Positions 30,944-38,853 of a stretch of 64,000 nt of DNA are shown here, piece by piece (the first letter of the stretch is position 1; each line of letters starts with the position of its first letter). This stretch comes from an uncultured Verrucomicrobiae bacterium (GTDB taxonomy: Bacteria > Chlamydiota > Chlamydiia > Chlamydiales > Rhabdochlamydiaceae): NCBI GenBank assembly GCA_963806855.1, contig CAWDYW010000001.1, forward strand, positions 1,344,001 to 1,408,000. The letters are read 5' to 3'. The notes under the pieces were generated by a model, which was not told the DNA's origin, ran no database searches, and saw nothing but the letters and a program-made list of their open reading frames with translations. A program made the translations under genes and the position numbers.

Positions 30944-30965
30944 TAATGGTTGATGATTTAAATAG

Positions 30966-31004
30966 AAACGCCTGGACCATATTCTGAATCCAGGCGCATT
31001 TTTT
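30966..31004. terminator. Bidirectional terminator-like hairpin
   Basis: cgcctgga...tccaggcg followed by a T-run, between convergent genes. Confidence 0.55.
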
Positions 31005-31015
31005 AAGCTCTAAGA

Positions 31016-31351
31016 TTACTCTGTAGCTTCGTGAATTTTATGTTTTGCGTTTTCAGCAATTTCTTTGGCTTTATCTTTTGCTTCGACAGCCTTATCTTCG
31101 GCTTTCTCAGCAAGTTCTTTCGCCTTATCTTTTGTGTTTTCAGCAACTTCTTTGACTTTATCTTTTGCTTCGACCGCTTTATCTTTTGCGTTTTCAGCAA
31201 CTTCTTTCGCCTTATCTTTTGCTTCACTAGCCTTGTCTTCAACTTTCTTTACGGCGTCGCTAGCAGTATGGTTACTTGCATGTCCATTAGCGAGTATACC
31301 GCATAAAATTAAAAGAGCTATTGATGGTATTGTTTTTGAATTGAATTTCAT
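31016..31351 (-). CDS. Secreted LEA/YtxH-like helical repeat protein
   Basis: Signal peptide then KDKAKEVAENA / KDKAVEA repeats. Confidence 0.75.
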   Translation of the reverse strand: MKFNSKTIPSIALLILCGILANGHASNHTASDAVKKVEDKASEAKDKAKEVAENAKDKAVEAKDKVKEVAENTKDKAKELAEKAEDKAVEAKDKAKEIAENAKHKIHEATE

Positions 31352-31532
31352 AGAAGTGCTCCTTTTTTTTTAATTTACGTTCCTTACTTTCGCACGAAAA
31401 ATTTGGAACTTATTTGAATAAAGGCATTATTTTTTTCAAAATAATATCGTTATTTGTACCACTCTACTAAATAGCGGTAATATTTGCAAGATTTATTTAT
31501 GAGGATTTGAGCCTTTGCGTTACAATGAATCC

Positions 31533-33740
31533 ATGAGCCTATCGGTCCGAGAGCGGATCCAGACCTTTTTCCGTGTCAGAAGCGAGCCCAAAATGGGGAC
31601 CTTTACCGGGGTCTTTTTGCCTAACATTCTCCAGATGGTGGGTGTGCTGCTCTTCATGCGCCTTGGATGGATTCTCGGCTGTGTCGGCCTGCCGAATATG
31701 CTCGCGATCCTCACCCTCTCTTCGAGCATCCTCTTTGTCACAGCCCTATCCATCTCCTCCATCGTCTCCAACATGAAGGTCGGAAGCGGCGGGGCCTACT
31801 ACATCATCTCCAGGATCCTCGGGGTCGAATTTGGCAGCGCGATCGGCATTTTGCTCTGCCTGGCCCAAATCGCCTCGATCGCCATCTGTGTCTGTGGATT
31901 TTCCCTCTCTATTCAAGAGTTTTTCCCCTATCTCTCGATCACAGCAATTAAAAGTTTGACCTTGTGCGGCCTCGTCTTAATCTCCACGATCTCTACATCG
32001 CTGGCTATGAAGACGCAGCTGATCATTTTTTCTCTTCTCATTGCCTCTGTGGGCTCGATATTTTTTGGATCTGCCACTGCACAAGCTGCCCCCCTTCCAA
32101 CTTATGAAACTTTAAGCGCCGCATCCCTCCCCTTCTGGGCCGGATTCGCCCTGTTCTTCCCCGCCATTACTGGAATCGAGGTGGGGATGGCCATGTCGGG
32201 TGATCTCAAGAAGCCGAGTCGCTCTCTGATCATCGGGTCGCTCGCCGCTGTCCTCGCCACCTTTTTGCTCTACTGCACGATCACCTTGTTTTTATCTACA
32301 AAGATTCCCGCAGACCTCCTTCGCTCCAGCCCCTTCATCATATACCAAATCTCCAAGTATGGAATGCTCATTCTGCTTGGGGTGTGGGGCTCATCCATCT
32401 CGTGTGCTCTGGGGAGCATTTTGGGTACCCCGCGGGTGATCCAGGCCCTGGCAAAAGACAAAGTCCTCCCCTCTTTTTTAGCCAAAGGGGCAAGTCAGCC
32501 GAGAATGGCGACCCTATTTGTCTTCGCTGCCACCTTGCTGCTCACCCTCTGCGCCAACATGAACCAGATCATCCCCTTTTTGACCATGGTCTGCCTGGTC
32601 TCCTATGGACTCATCAATTGCGTCGCCTTTTTTGAGATCTTCTTGCAAAACCCCAGCTGGCGCCCCAATTTCAACATGCACTGGTCTGTCCCCCTCATCG
32701 GAGCACTGGGCTGCCTTGTCATCATGCTGATGATCAATCCTGGCGCGACCCTGATCGTCCTAACGCTGACCACCGCCCTTTGTCTATGGACTGCAAGTCG
32801 CCATTTAAGTGGCAACTGGGACGATATCCGCCACAGCATTTTCTCCTTCCTTATTTACAAGGGGATGGCCCAGCTGGCACTCCTAAAACCGAATGCCAAG
32901 AGCTGGCGACCCCATCTGCTTACCCTTTTCGATCAAAATCTTCCCTCGAAAAACCTCGCCTATTTCTCCCATGCCCTCGACCAAGGAAAAGGATTTCTCA
33001 CCTTTGGCGCCTGCTTGGAAGATCCTTCCGATCAAGAGGAGCAAATCCGCAAAGCCCTGTTTGACTACCGAATCCCCTCCTACGTCCACATCAATCGATC
33101 GAAAGAGAGCTTAAAGCACCTCGAGCAATTGATCGGAAACTACGGTCTCGGCCCCCTCAAGCCCAACACCATTATCCTCCCGCTACCTAGCGAACCTTCC
33201 CGCATCGACTTTTATGGTGAGCTGGTCACCGAAATCCCCCAATACGGAAAAAACATTATCTTCTTTAAAGCGGATACCGACAGCAATGGTTTATATACTG
33301 AGAACTTTGGAGTGCCAAAACAGATTGACCTTTGGTGGAAGGGGGGCAACCAAAAGAACTTCGAGCTGTGCCTCGCCCTCTCCTACACCATGCGAGGCAG
33401 CCCAGCTTGGGCCGGAGCCGAAATCTGCATCAAATCGATCGTCCACCATGAAGAGACCCAAAAGAAACTGCATCACATCTTCGATCGATATCAGCAGAAG
33501 CTCCGGATCAAAAATTTCCGCTTTGAGTCGATCCTCGACCCCAAAGAGGCCTTTTTCGAGAATCTGCTCACCCACACGGCCGATTTCACCTTTTTAGGCC
33601 TGCGCGACCGACATCCCGAAGAGAACATAGAAGACTACAAGCGCTACTTTGCCGACCTCGTCGAAAAGACCTCTCCGCTGAAAAACTTCGCCCTGGTTCT
33701 GGCGGGCGAAGATCTCGCCTTCGACAAGATTTTCAATTAG
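31533..33740 (+). CDS. SLC12/cation-chloride cotransporter-like APC transporter
   Basis: GVFLPNILQMVGVLLFMRLGW, GGAYYIISRILGVEFG, FFPAITGI...MSGDLK, SWRP motifs, soluble C-terminal domain. Confidence 0.85.
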   Translation: MSLSVRERIQTFFRVRSEPKMGTFTGVFLPNILQMVGVLLFMRLGWILGCVGLPNMLAILTLSSSILFVTALSISSIVSNMKVGSGGAYYIISRILGVEFGSAIGILLCLAQIASIAICVCGFSLSIQEFFPYLSITAIKSLTLCGLVLISTISTSLAMKTQLIIFSLLIASVGSIFFGSATAQAAPLPTYETLSAASLPFWAGFALFFPAITGIEVGMAMSGDLKKPSRSLIIGSLAAVLATFLLYCTITLFLSTKIPADLLRSSPFIIYQISKYGMLILLGVWGSSISCALGSILGTPRVIQALAKDKVLPSFLAKGASQPRMATLFVFAATLLLTLCANMNQIIPFLTMVCLVSYGLINCVAFFEIFLQNPSWRPNFNMHWSVPLIGALGCLVIMLMINPGATLIVLTLTTALCLWTASRHLSGNWDDIRHSIFSFLIYKGMAQLALLKPNAKSWRPHLLTLFDQNLPSKNLAYFSHALDQGKGFLTFGACLEDPSDQEEQIRKALFDYRIPSYVHINRSKESLKHLEQLIGNYGLGPLKPNTIILPLPSEPSRIDFYGELVTEIPQYGKNIIFFKADTDSNGLYTENFGVPKQIDLWWKGGNQKNFELCLALSYTMRGSPAWAGAEICIKSIVHHEETQKKLHHIFDRYQQKLRIKNFRFESILDPKEAFFENLLTHTADFTFLGLRDRHPEENIEDYKRYFADLVEKTSPLKNFALVLAGEDLAFDKIFN

Positions 33741-33754
33741 TGCAATTTTAAAAC

Positions 33755-33836
33755 TCTATCAAACTCGAGTCATTCCTGTCGGAATTGACATGAAATCAAA
33801 AATCTTTATACTGTTTGATCCAAATGGAGAACCCTT
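33755..33836 (+). promoter_or_regulatory. Duplicated promoter/RBS cassette, copy 1
   Basis: TTGACA-16-TATACT plus GGAGAACCCTT-ATG; near-identical at 36470-36552 and partial at 36854-36904. Confidence 0.8.
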
Positions 33837-34637
33837 ATGGAAATAACGCCAGCTGTATCATCTTTACCCCAAACTTTTCAATCCGTCCAGGACGACACAT
33901 TGAAATCTTCAACAACTGACAAGGTTGTCAGACTTGTTATTGCGATGGGTTTACTAACGGCGGTCGGTATAGGTATTGTATACATGAGCCCCTTGTTTCC
34001 AATCACTACCACTATCGCTGCCGTATTTCTAGGATTTGCAGCTATTGGGTTAATCAAGCAAATTGCCGAACAGCTTTTAGGCTCAAGTAGACATCGACGG
34101 CCACCAAAATTACCCATGGGCACTTTAGATATCAAAATGCCAAGTCAATCCAGTCAACCTAAAAGAAAATTCCACGAGCCCGAGGTCAAGGATTTGGACA
34201 GTAATAATGGAAAACTCGATTCAGAAACTACAAACTCTCCAACCGCTTCAGATTTAATAGATCGCAGCCCGCCGCCAATTACTAGAATTTCTCGAAATTC
34301 ACTATTAGACCCCCTGAAATCTCTGTCGTGGTATTCTCCTTTTGACAGACTGTTTCGATATGGCGCTATGCCGTCTATCGTGCCAGCGGGAATTCCTGGA
34401 AACATTCGTTCAGAAGATATGAATTCAACAGATTACAGCCCACTTCAAATTACTGACAAAATTCATTCAGAACATACGAGCGACAAATTTCCAACCCCAG
34501 ATTCAACATACACCCCGCTGCGACTGACTGACAAAAAATGGGACGATTTGAATGGAAAGCCAACGGTCACAGATAGCAACCAACCACTGCGACTTAAAGA
34601 TTTGGATGAAAAGCCAAGAATTGAAATCATTGATTAA
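33837..34637 (+). CDS. Inc-like protein with bilobed hydrophobic domain and disordered S/P/D-rich tail
   Basis: Hydrophobic aa about 30-73; repeated PL(Q/R)(I/L)TDK motifs in the tail. Confidence 0.65.
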   Translation: MEITPAVSSLPQTFQSVQDDTLKSSTTDKVVRLVIAMGLLTAVGIGIVYMSPLFPITTTIAAVFLGFAAIGLIKQIAEQLLGSSRHRRPPKLPMGTLDIKMPSQSSQPKRKFHEPEVKDLDSNNGKLDSETTNSPTASDLIDRSPPPITRISRNSLLDPLKSLSWYSPFDRLFRYGAMPSIVPAGIPGNIRSEDMNSTDYSPLQITDKIHSEHTSDKFPTPDSTYTPLRLTDKKWDDLNGKPTVTDSNQPLRLKDLDEKPRIEIID

Positions 34638-34711
34638 TCGGTATAGCCTAATCATCATTAAAATTAGGAGAAGGCGGACCCTACATCCGCCCTTCCGGAA
34701 CAGCTGTTACA

Positions 34712-35476
34712 CTACCCCACGAATACCCCTTCATTGAATGCTCCTCGACAGATTAACCCACCCTGACTATTGTATAGCGCTCCCTGCCCATGATAGGTAC
34801 CATTTTGTATTTGACCTTCGTACATCGATCCATCACTTGAAAACATTATTCCTTCGCAGGCTTTACCATTTAGGAATTTACCTTTGAAAATTGTCCCGTC
34901 TGCTGATACTATTACGCCATCCCCATCCTTCTTATCTGCTTTCCAGTTCCCCTTATAGATTGTCCCACTTGTAAGTATTTCAATTCCAAAACCCTCTCGC
35001 TTTTCACCCATACATTTACCATAGTATCTTCGATCTTCTTGTGTAATTATTGGAGATGGGAACCCTCTTAAATGAGCCTGCACCTCTGAGTGGAATACCT
35101 GAGAGAAGATTTCTTTTTTTGTCTTTGTTCTTGTTTCGCGGCCCCAGTTGCGCAATTCTGCTTCTGATACTCCTTCGTTTAATGGATGGGTATATGCGTA
35201 ATCTGGGGGCTGGGGGCTACGGTCTTCATGAGTCCCAGCTTGGCGTGAATACTCATATTCAATATCAGAGCATTCTTCTTCTGTTCGCTTGACTTCTTGA
35301 ACTCTACCGCTCAAATGTAGGTCCGATAGGTCCCTTTGATTCTCTTTAGAAGACTCAAAGCGTGGGCTAACAATATTTATCAGCGGTTTATCTTGGCGTC
35401 TTGCGGTAGAATCAGAAACTGAATTATTATTGTTATTATTAATATGATTTTGAAAATTATCAATTTTAAATGCCAC
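34712..35476 (-). CDS. MORN-repeat protein
   Basis: Repeats YKGNWKADKKDGDG, FKGKFLNGK, YEGQIQNGTYHGQG. Confidence 0.85.
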   Translation of the reverse strand: MAFKIDNFQNHINNNNNNSVSDSTARRQDKPLINIVSPRFESSKENQRDLSDLHLSGRVQEVKRTEEECSDIEYEYSRQAGTHEDRSPQPPDYAYTHPLNEGVSEAELRNWGRETRTKTKKEIFSQVFHSEVQAHLRGFPSPIITQEDRRYYGKCMGEKREGFGIEILTSGTIYKGNWKADKKDGDGVIVSADGTIFKGKFLNGKACEGIMFSSDGSMYEGQIQNGTYHGQGALYNSQGGLICRGAFNEGVFVG

Positions 35477-35684
35477 TATCTTCCTTCCTTTTATTTTCTA
35501 ATTAATGAATAGTTTTGCAACAGCAGGAATAGCCGATATACAATCTATTTTTATTAATGATATTATTCATATCAACCAAACCGATTCCTTAAACTAATTA
35601 TAACTAATTATTAATAATTTGTAAAGATTATTATTTAATTTTACTAAATAAAAAATTTTATTTACCAAGGAGGATGGAGGGGAT

Positions 35685-35838
35685 ATGAGCGAAACGGAAA
35701 TAAAACGGACGTCTGTTCTTATGAGGCTGCAGTCCAAGGAGTTAAATTCAGATCCAAGCTGCTGATATTCTGGGCGTTACGCCAGCCAGAGTTGACGAGT
35801 TAGGGCCGTATTCATCTTTCGATCGCCCGCCTAAGTGA
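35685..35838 (+). pseudogene. Possible degraded XRE/HigA-like HTH remnant
   Basis: RBS and ATG, then with one frameshift KEL/QIQAADILGVTPARVDEL. Confidence 0.3.
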
Positions 35839-35882
35839 CATGTTGCTTAGGCTGGTGAGCGAAGCACTTAAGGCCTTAATAA

Positions 35883-36437
35883 TTAAGTGGTAAAGTGGAG
35901 ATCGTGAAGGCAATAGACTAAGGTTCCATCCGTGCAGAGACACGCGCTGATCAATTCATAATCGTTTTTTTCTGGGGTTGGATGCTTGCGAATCCACCAA
36001 TCATTAACCTTCGATTTTGTGACTAAAGCAGGAAAAGCAATATATTCATCGATGACCTCGGAGATCGTATACGGAAAACCTGTTCGCCTTATGTCTTCTC
36101 CCCCACCAATGAAATAAACATAGGTATGGGTGCGGTTTAATTGGGACATAAAGCCGCAGATCTCCTTCTTTGATGTCCCGACAGCAAATTCCCTATGGGC
36201 GACCTTGACGATTTTATCGGTTGTGGGATGCATCTCCACAGCAATGACTGCGATGCTGCCGTTCATATTTAGGATGCAAAGTGGCAAGGTATCTGTAAAA
36301 CTGTCATCGGTGAAATCATATCGACATTTGCCAGCTCGATAGGCTTCAAATTCCTCAAAATGGACTTGCTGGATGTGATGTAATCTAGCAGAAGATGGAC
36401 TGGAAAAATCTCCTGAATCTGGGCTGTATCGAATCAA
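35883..36437 (-). CDS. Hypothetical protein
   Basis: 184-aa ORF, AAGGAG RBS. Confidence 0.6.
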   Translation of the reverse strand: MIRYSPDSGDFSSPSSARLHHIQQVHFEEFEAYRAGKCRYDFTDDSFTDTLPLCILNMNGSIAVIAVEMHPTTDKIVKVAHREFAVGTSKKEICGFMSQLNRTHTYVYFIGGGEDIRRTGFPYTISEVIDEYIAFPALVTKSKVNDWWIRKHPTPEKNDYELISACLCTDGTLVYCLHDLHFTT

Positions 36438-36469
36438 ATTGTCTCCTTCTAAAAATCGAGTCCAGCAAC

Positions 36470-36552
36470 TCTATCAAACTCGAGTCATTCCTGTCGAGAT
36501 TGACATGAAACCAAAAATCTTTATACTTTTTGGCTTAATAAGGAGAAGCTTT
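36470..36552 (+). promoter_or_regulatory. Duplicated promoter/RBS cassette, copy 2
   Basis: ctctatcaaactcgagtcattcctgtc...TTGACA...TATACT...AGGAG. Confidence 0.8.
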
Positions 36553-36867
36553 ATGGATTTAAAACCTGTTCTACCGCAAATTTTTCAGCCTGCTCACGTC
36601 GATACATTGAAGAGTTCCAGCAATGGAAATTCTACGGTTGATAAGATCATCGTACTTGTTGTAGCGCTCGGTATTTTAGGCTTTTATGGCTTTATGTGGC
36701 ATTTAGATATTGCACCAGCTATTGGGGCAGCATTTGCAGTATATCCAATAACCACCACAATCATCTGTCTTTTACTCTTACCCGCTGCAATTCAATCGGT
36801 ATTTGGAATCTGTGCCATTGCCCTAGCGGTCTTTGGTGAAGTGATTGACCGGTTGACATCTAATTAA
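36553..36867 (+). CDS. Small Inc-like hydrophobic protein (paralog of 33837)
   Basis: MDLKPV...DTLKSS...DKIIVLVVALG...PITTTI. Confidence 0.7.
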   Translation: MDLKPVLPQIFQPAHVDTLKSSSNGNSTVDKIIVLVVALGILGFYGFMWHLDIAPAIGAAFAVYPITTTIICLLLLPAAIQSVFGICAIALAVFGEVIDRLTSN

Positions 36868-36904
36868 AAATCTTTATACTGTTTACCCTAAAAGGAGAAC
36901 CCTT

Positions 36905-37153
36905 ATGGAATTAAAACCTGTTTCAACTGCAACACCAGCCGCTCAACCAGTCGTGGTTGAGACGCCAAAAAGTTTTTCACTAATTGAGAAAGTTGCTCGA
37001 GTTGTGATTGCGATGGGGCTGTTCGCAGCTCTCGGTGCAACTCTCGTGTACTTGGCCCCCACGTTTCCAATGACAGTCACAATCATTGCTGCGGTCAGCC
37101 TTCCTTTAGTAGTATGGGGGCTCTTAGATCACATTGGCGATTTTATCCTATAA
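36905..37153 (+). CDS. Small Inc-like hydrophobic protein; last codons supplied by the IS605 left end
   Basis: MELKPV...EKVARVVIAMGL...FPMTVTI; own TTGACA/TATACT promoter copy. Confidence 0.7.
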   Translation: MELKPVSTATPAAQPVVVETPKSFSLIEKVARVVIAMGLFAALGATLVYLAPTFPMTVTIIAAVSLPLVVWGLLDHIGDFIL

Positions 37154-37197
37154 CGCCGTAAAACAAGGCCCTTTAGGGCCGTGATGTAAGGCGCCGT

Positions 37198-37614
37198 TTA
37201 GTCTGGGGTATTCTGTTGTTCAATATACTGTCTAATGATCGATATTGGGGCTCCACCGCAAGAGCCTGCAAAATAACTTGGCGACCATAGGGCAGTTCCC
37301 CATAGATATTTTGTAATAGATGGGTAGTTCTTCTTGCGGATCATCCTCGAAGATACCCCTTTTAATGAGTTTACAAGTTTTGAGACCGATACTTTAGGTG
37401 GATAGTTGATCAACAGATGAACATGGTCTTTTTCGCCATCAAATTCTATTAGAACAGCCTCAAAATCAGTGCAGACACTCTCGAAGGTCTCCCTCAGATC
37501 AGATAGAATTGGCTTAGTGAAGACACACCTTCTGTATTTTGTAACAAAGACCAAATGCACATGCAGAGCAAAAACACAGGATCTACCTCTTCTCAAATCT
37601 GTTGACTTTAACAT
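37198..37614 (-). CDS. tnpA: IS200-like Y1 HUH transposase
   Basis: HLVFVTKYRR, DHVHLL, LKGVSSR, LWSPSYF, YIEQQ. Confidence 0.96.
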   Translation of the reverse strand: MLKSTDLRRGRSCVFALHVHLVFVTKYRRCVFTKPILSDLRETFESVCTDFEAVLIEFDGEKDHVHLLINYPPKVSVSKLVNSLKGVSSRMIRKKNYPSITKYLWGTALWSPSYFAGSCGGAPISIIRQYIEQQNTPD

Positions 37615-37637
37615 AGGCCAAATTTAAAATTTAAACC

Positions 37638-38825
37638 ATGATCTTAAAAAGGGCATTCAAATTCAAGCTAAAACCTACTGCGTTGCAATATGAAATGTTC
37701 TTACGCTTTGCCGGGGCTCGTCGTTTTGTATTTAATCGAGGACTAGATGAGCGACAAAAAGCCTATGAAGCTACTGGAAAAGGCCCTTCTTATTTCGAAC
37801 AAAACAAAGAACTAACCCGATTAAAAGAAACAGAGGAGACTTCTTGGTTGAAGGAAATCCATAGCCAGGTGCTTCAACAAGGGCTTAAGGATCTCGATAG
37901 AGCATTTCAGAACTTTTTTGTAAGAGTAAAGAAAGGGAAGAAGCCGGGGTATCCAAATTTTAAAAAGAAAGGGATGAATGAGAGCTTCCGATTCCCACAA
38001 GGAGTCAAAGTTGAAAATTCCAAGGTCTATTTACCCAAAATCGGATGGGTGAAATTTCGAAAATCGCGAGATATCCAAGGAGAGATCAAAGAGACAACCA
38101 TCCTGCAAGAGGGAACCGATTGGGTTATCTCATTCTCATGTGAATGGGAAAAGGTACTCCCAAAGAAAGCGCCTATAGATGAAGAGCGGGCGATAGGGAT
38201 CGATGTAGGGATAGAACATTTCGCTACTACGGCAGCTGGAAAGGAAAACAGAGCAGAAGAGATTGAAAATCCAAAGTTTTTGAGAAAAAAGCTATCCCAT
38301 CTTCGATATCTCTCAAGACAATTATCCAGGAAAACCCCAAAAGGAAAAAATAGACTCAAGGCCAGACTAAAAGTCTCCAAGTTACATGCCAGCATCAAGA
38401 ACCTCAGAAATGATTTTGTACAACAACTCTCAGCAAAGATGGTCAAAACCCACGACATCTTTTGCATTGAGAGCCTAGATATTTCCAGCCTACTAGAGAA
38501 GAGCCCGAAAGGACTTTCCCGAGCGATATCAGATGCGGGCTGGGGAAGTTTTTTGCACTGCCTTAATTACAAAATTGAAGAGCACGGAAAACACCTTGTA
38601 GCAGTAGACAGGTATTTTCCAAGCAGTCAAATTTGTGCGGCATGTGATAGTCGGCAAAAGATGCCCCTCTCTATCCGGGAGTATCATTGTCCAAATTGCG
38701 GAGTAAAGAATGCCCGTGATTACAACAGTGCGATAGTTCTAAAGGCCGCCGGAATGTCGGTCTTAAAAGCCTGTGGAGCTGCCCTCGTTGGAGGGAGCAT
38801 TGAAGCAGGAATCTCTCGACTTTAG
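37638..38825 (+). CDS. tnpB: RNA-guided endonuclease TnpB
   Basis: N-terminal HTH, RuvC IGIDVG / IESL / RDYNS, zinc ribbon CAAC..CPNC. Confidence 0.95.
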   Translation: MILKRAFKFKLKPTALQYEMFLRFAGARRFVFNRGLDERQKAYEATGKGPSYFEQNKELTRLKETEETSWLKEIHSQVLQQGLKDLDRAFQNFFVRVKKGKKPGYPNFKKKGMNESFRFPQGVKVENSKVYLPKIGWVKFRKSRDIQGEIKETTILQEGTDWVISFSCEWEKVLPKKAPIDEERAIGIDVGIEHFATTAAGKENRAEEIENPKFLRKKLSHLRYLSRQLSRKTPKGKNRLKARLKVSKLHASIKNLRNDFVQQLSAKMVKTHDIFCIESLDISSLLEKSPKGLSRAISDAGWGSFLHCLNYKIEEHGKHLVAVDRYFPSSQICAACDSRQKMPLSIREYHCPNCGVKNARDYNSAIVLKAAGMSVLKACGAALVGGSIEAGISRL

Positions 38826-38853
38826 TCGGGAGAGGTTCAAGAAAGCTAGGTAA

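Larger units (their letters stand above)
37147..38840 (+). mobile_element. IS200/IS605-family element (IS605 type, divergent tnpA/tnpB)
   Basis: Left-end hairpin caaggccctttagggccgtg; right end GAATctctcgactttagtcgggagaggTTCAA. Confidence 0.9.

Noticed and set aside
35883..36437. CheD/CNF-like deamidase
   Set aside because: Only vague pattern similarity (GSIAV..AH..IGG); the expected catalytic Cys is absent
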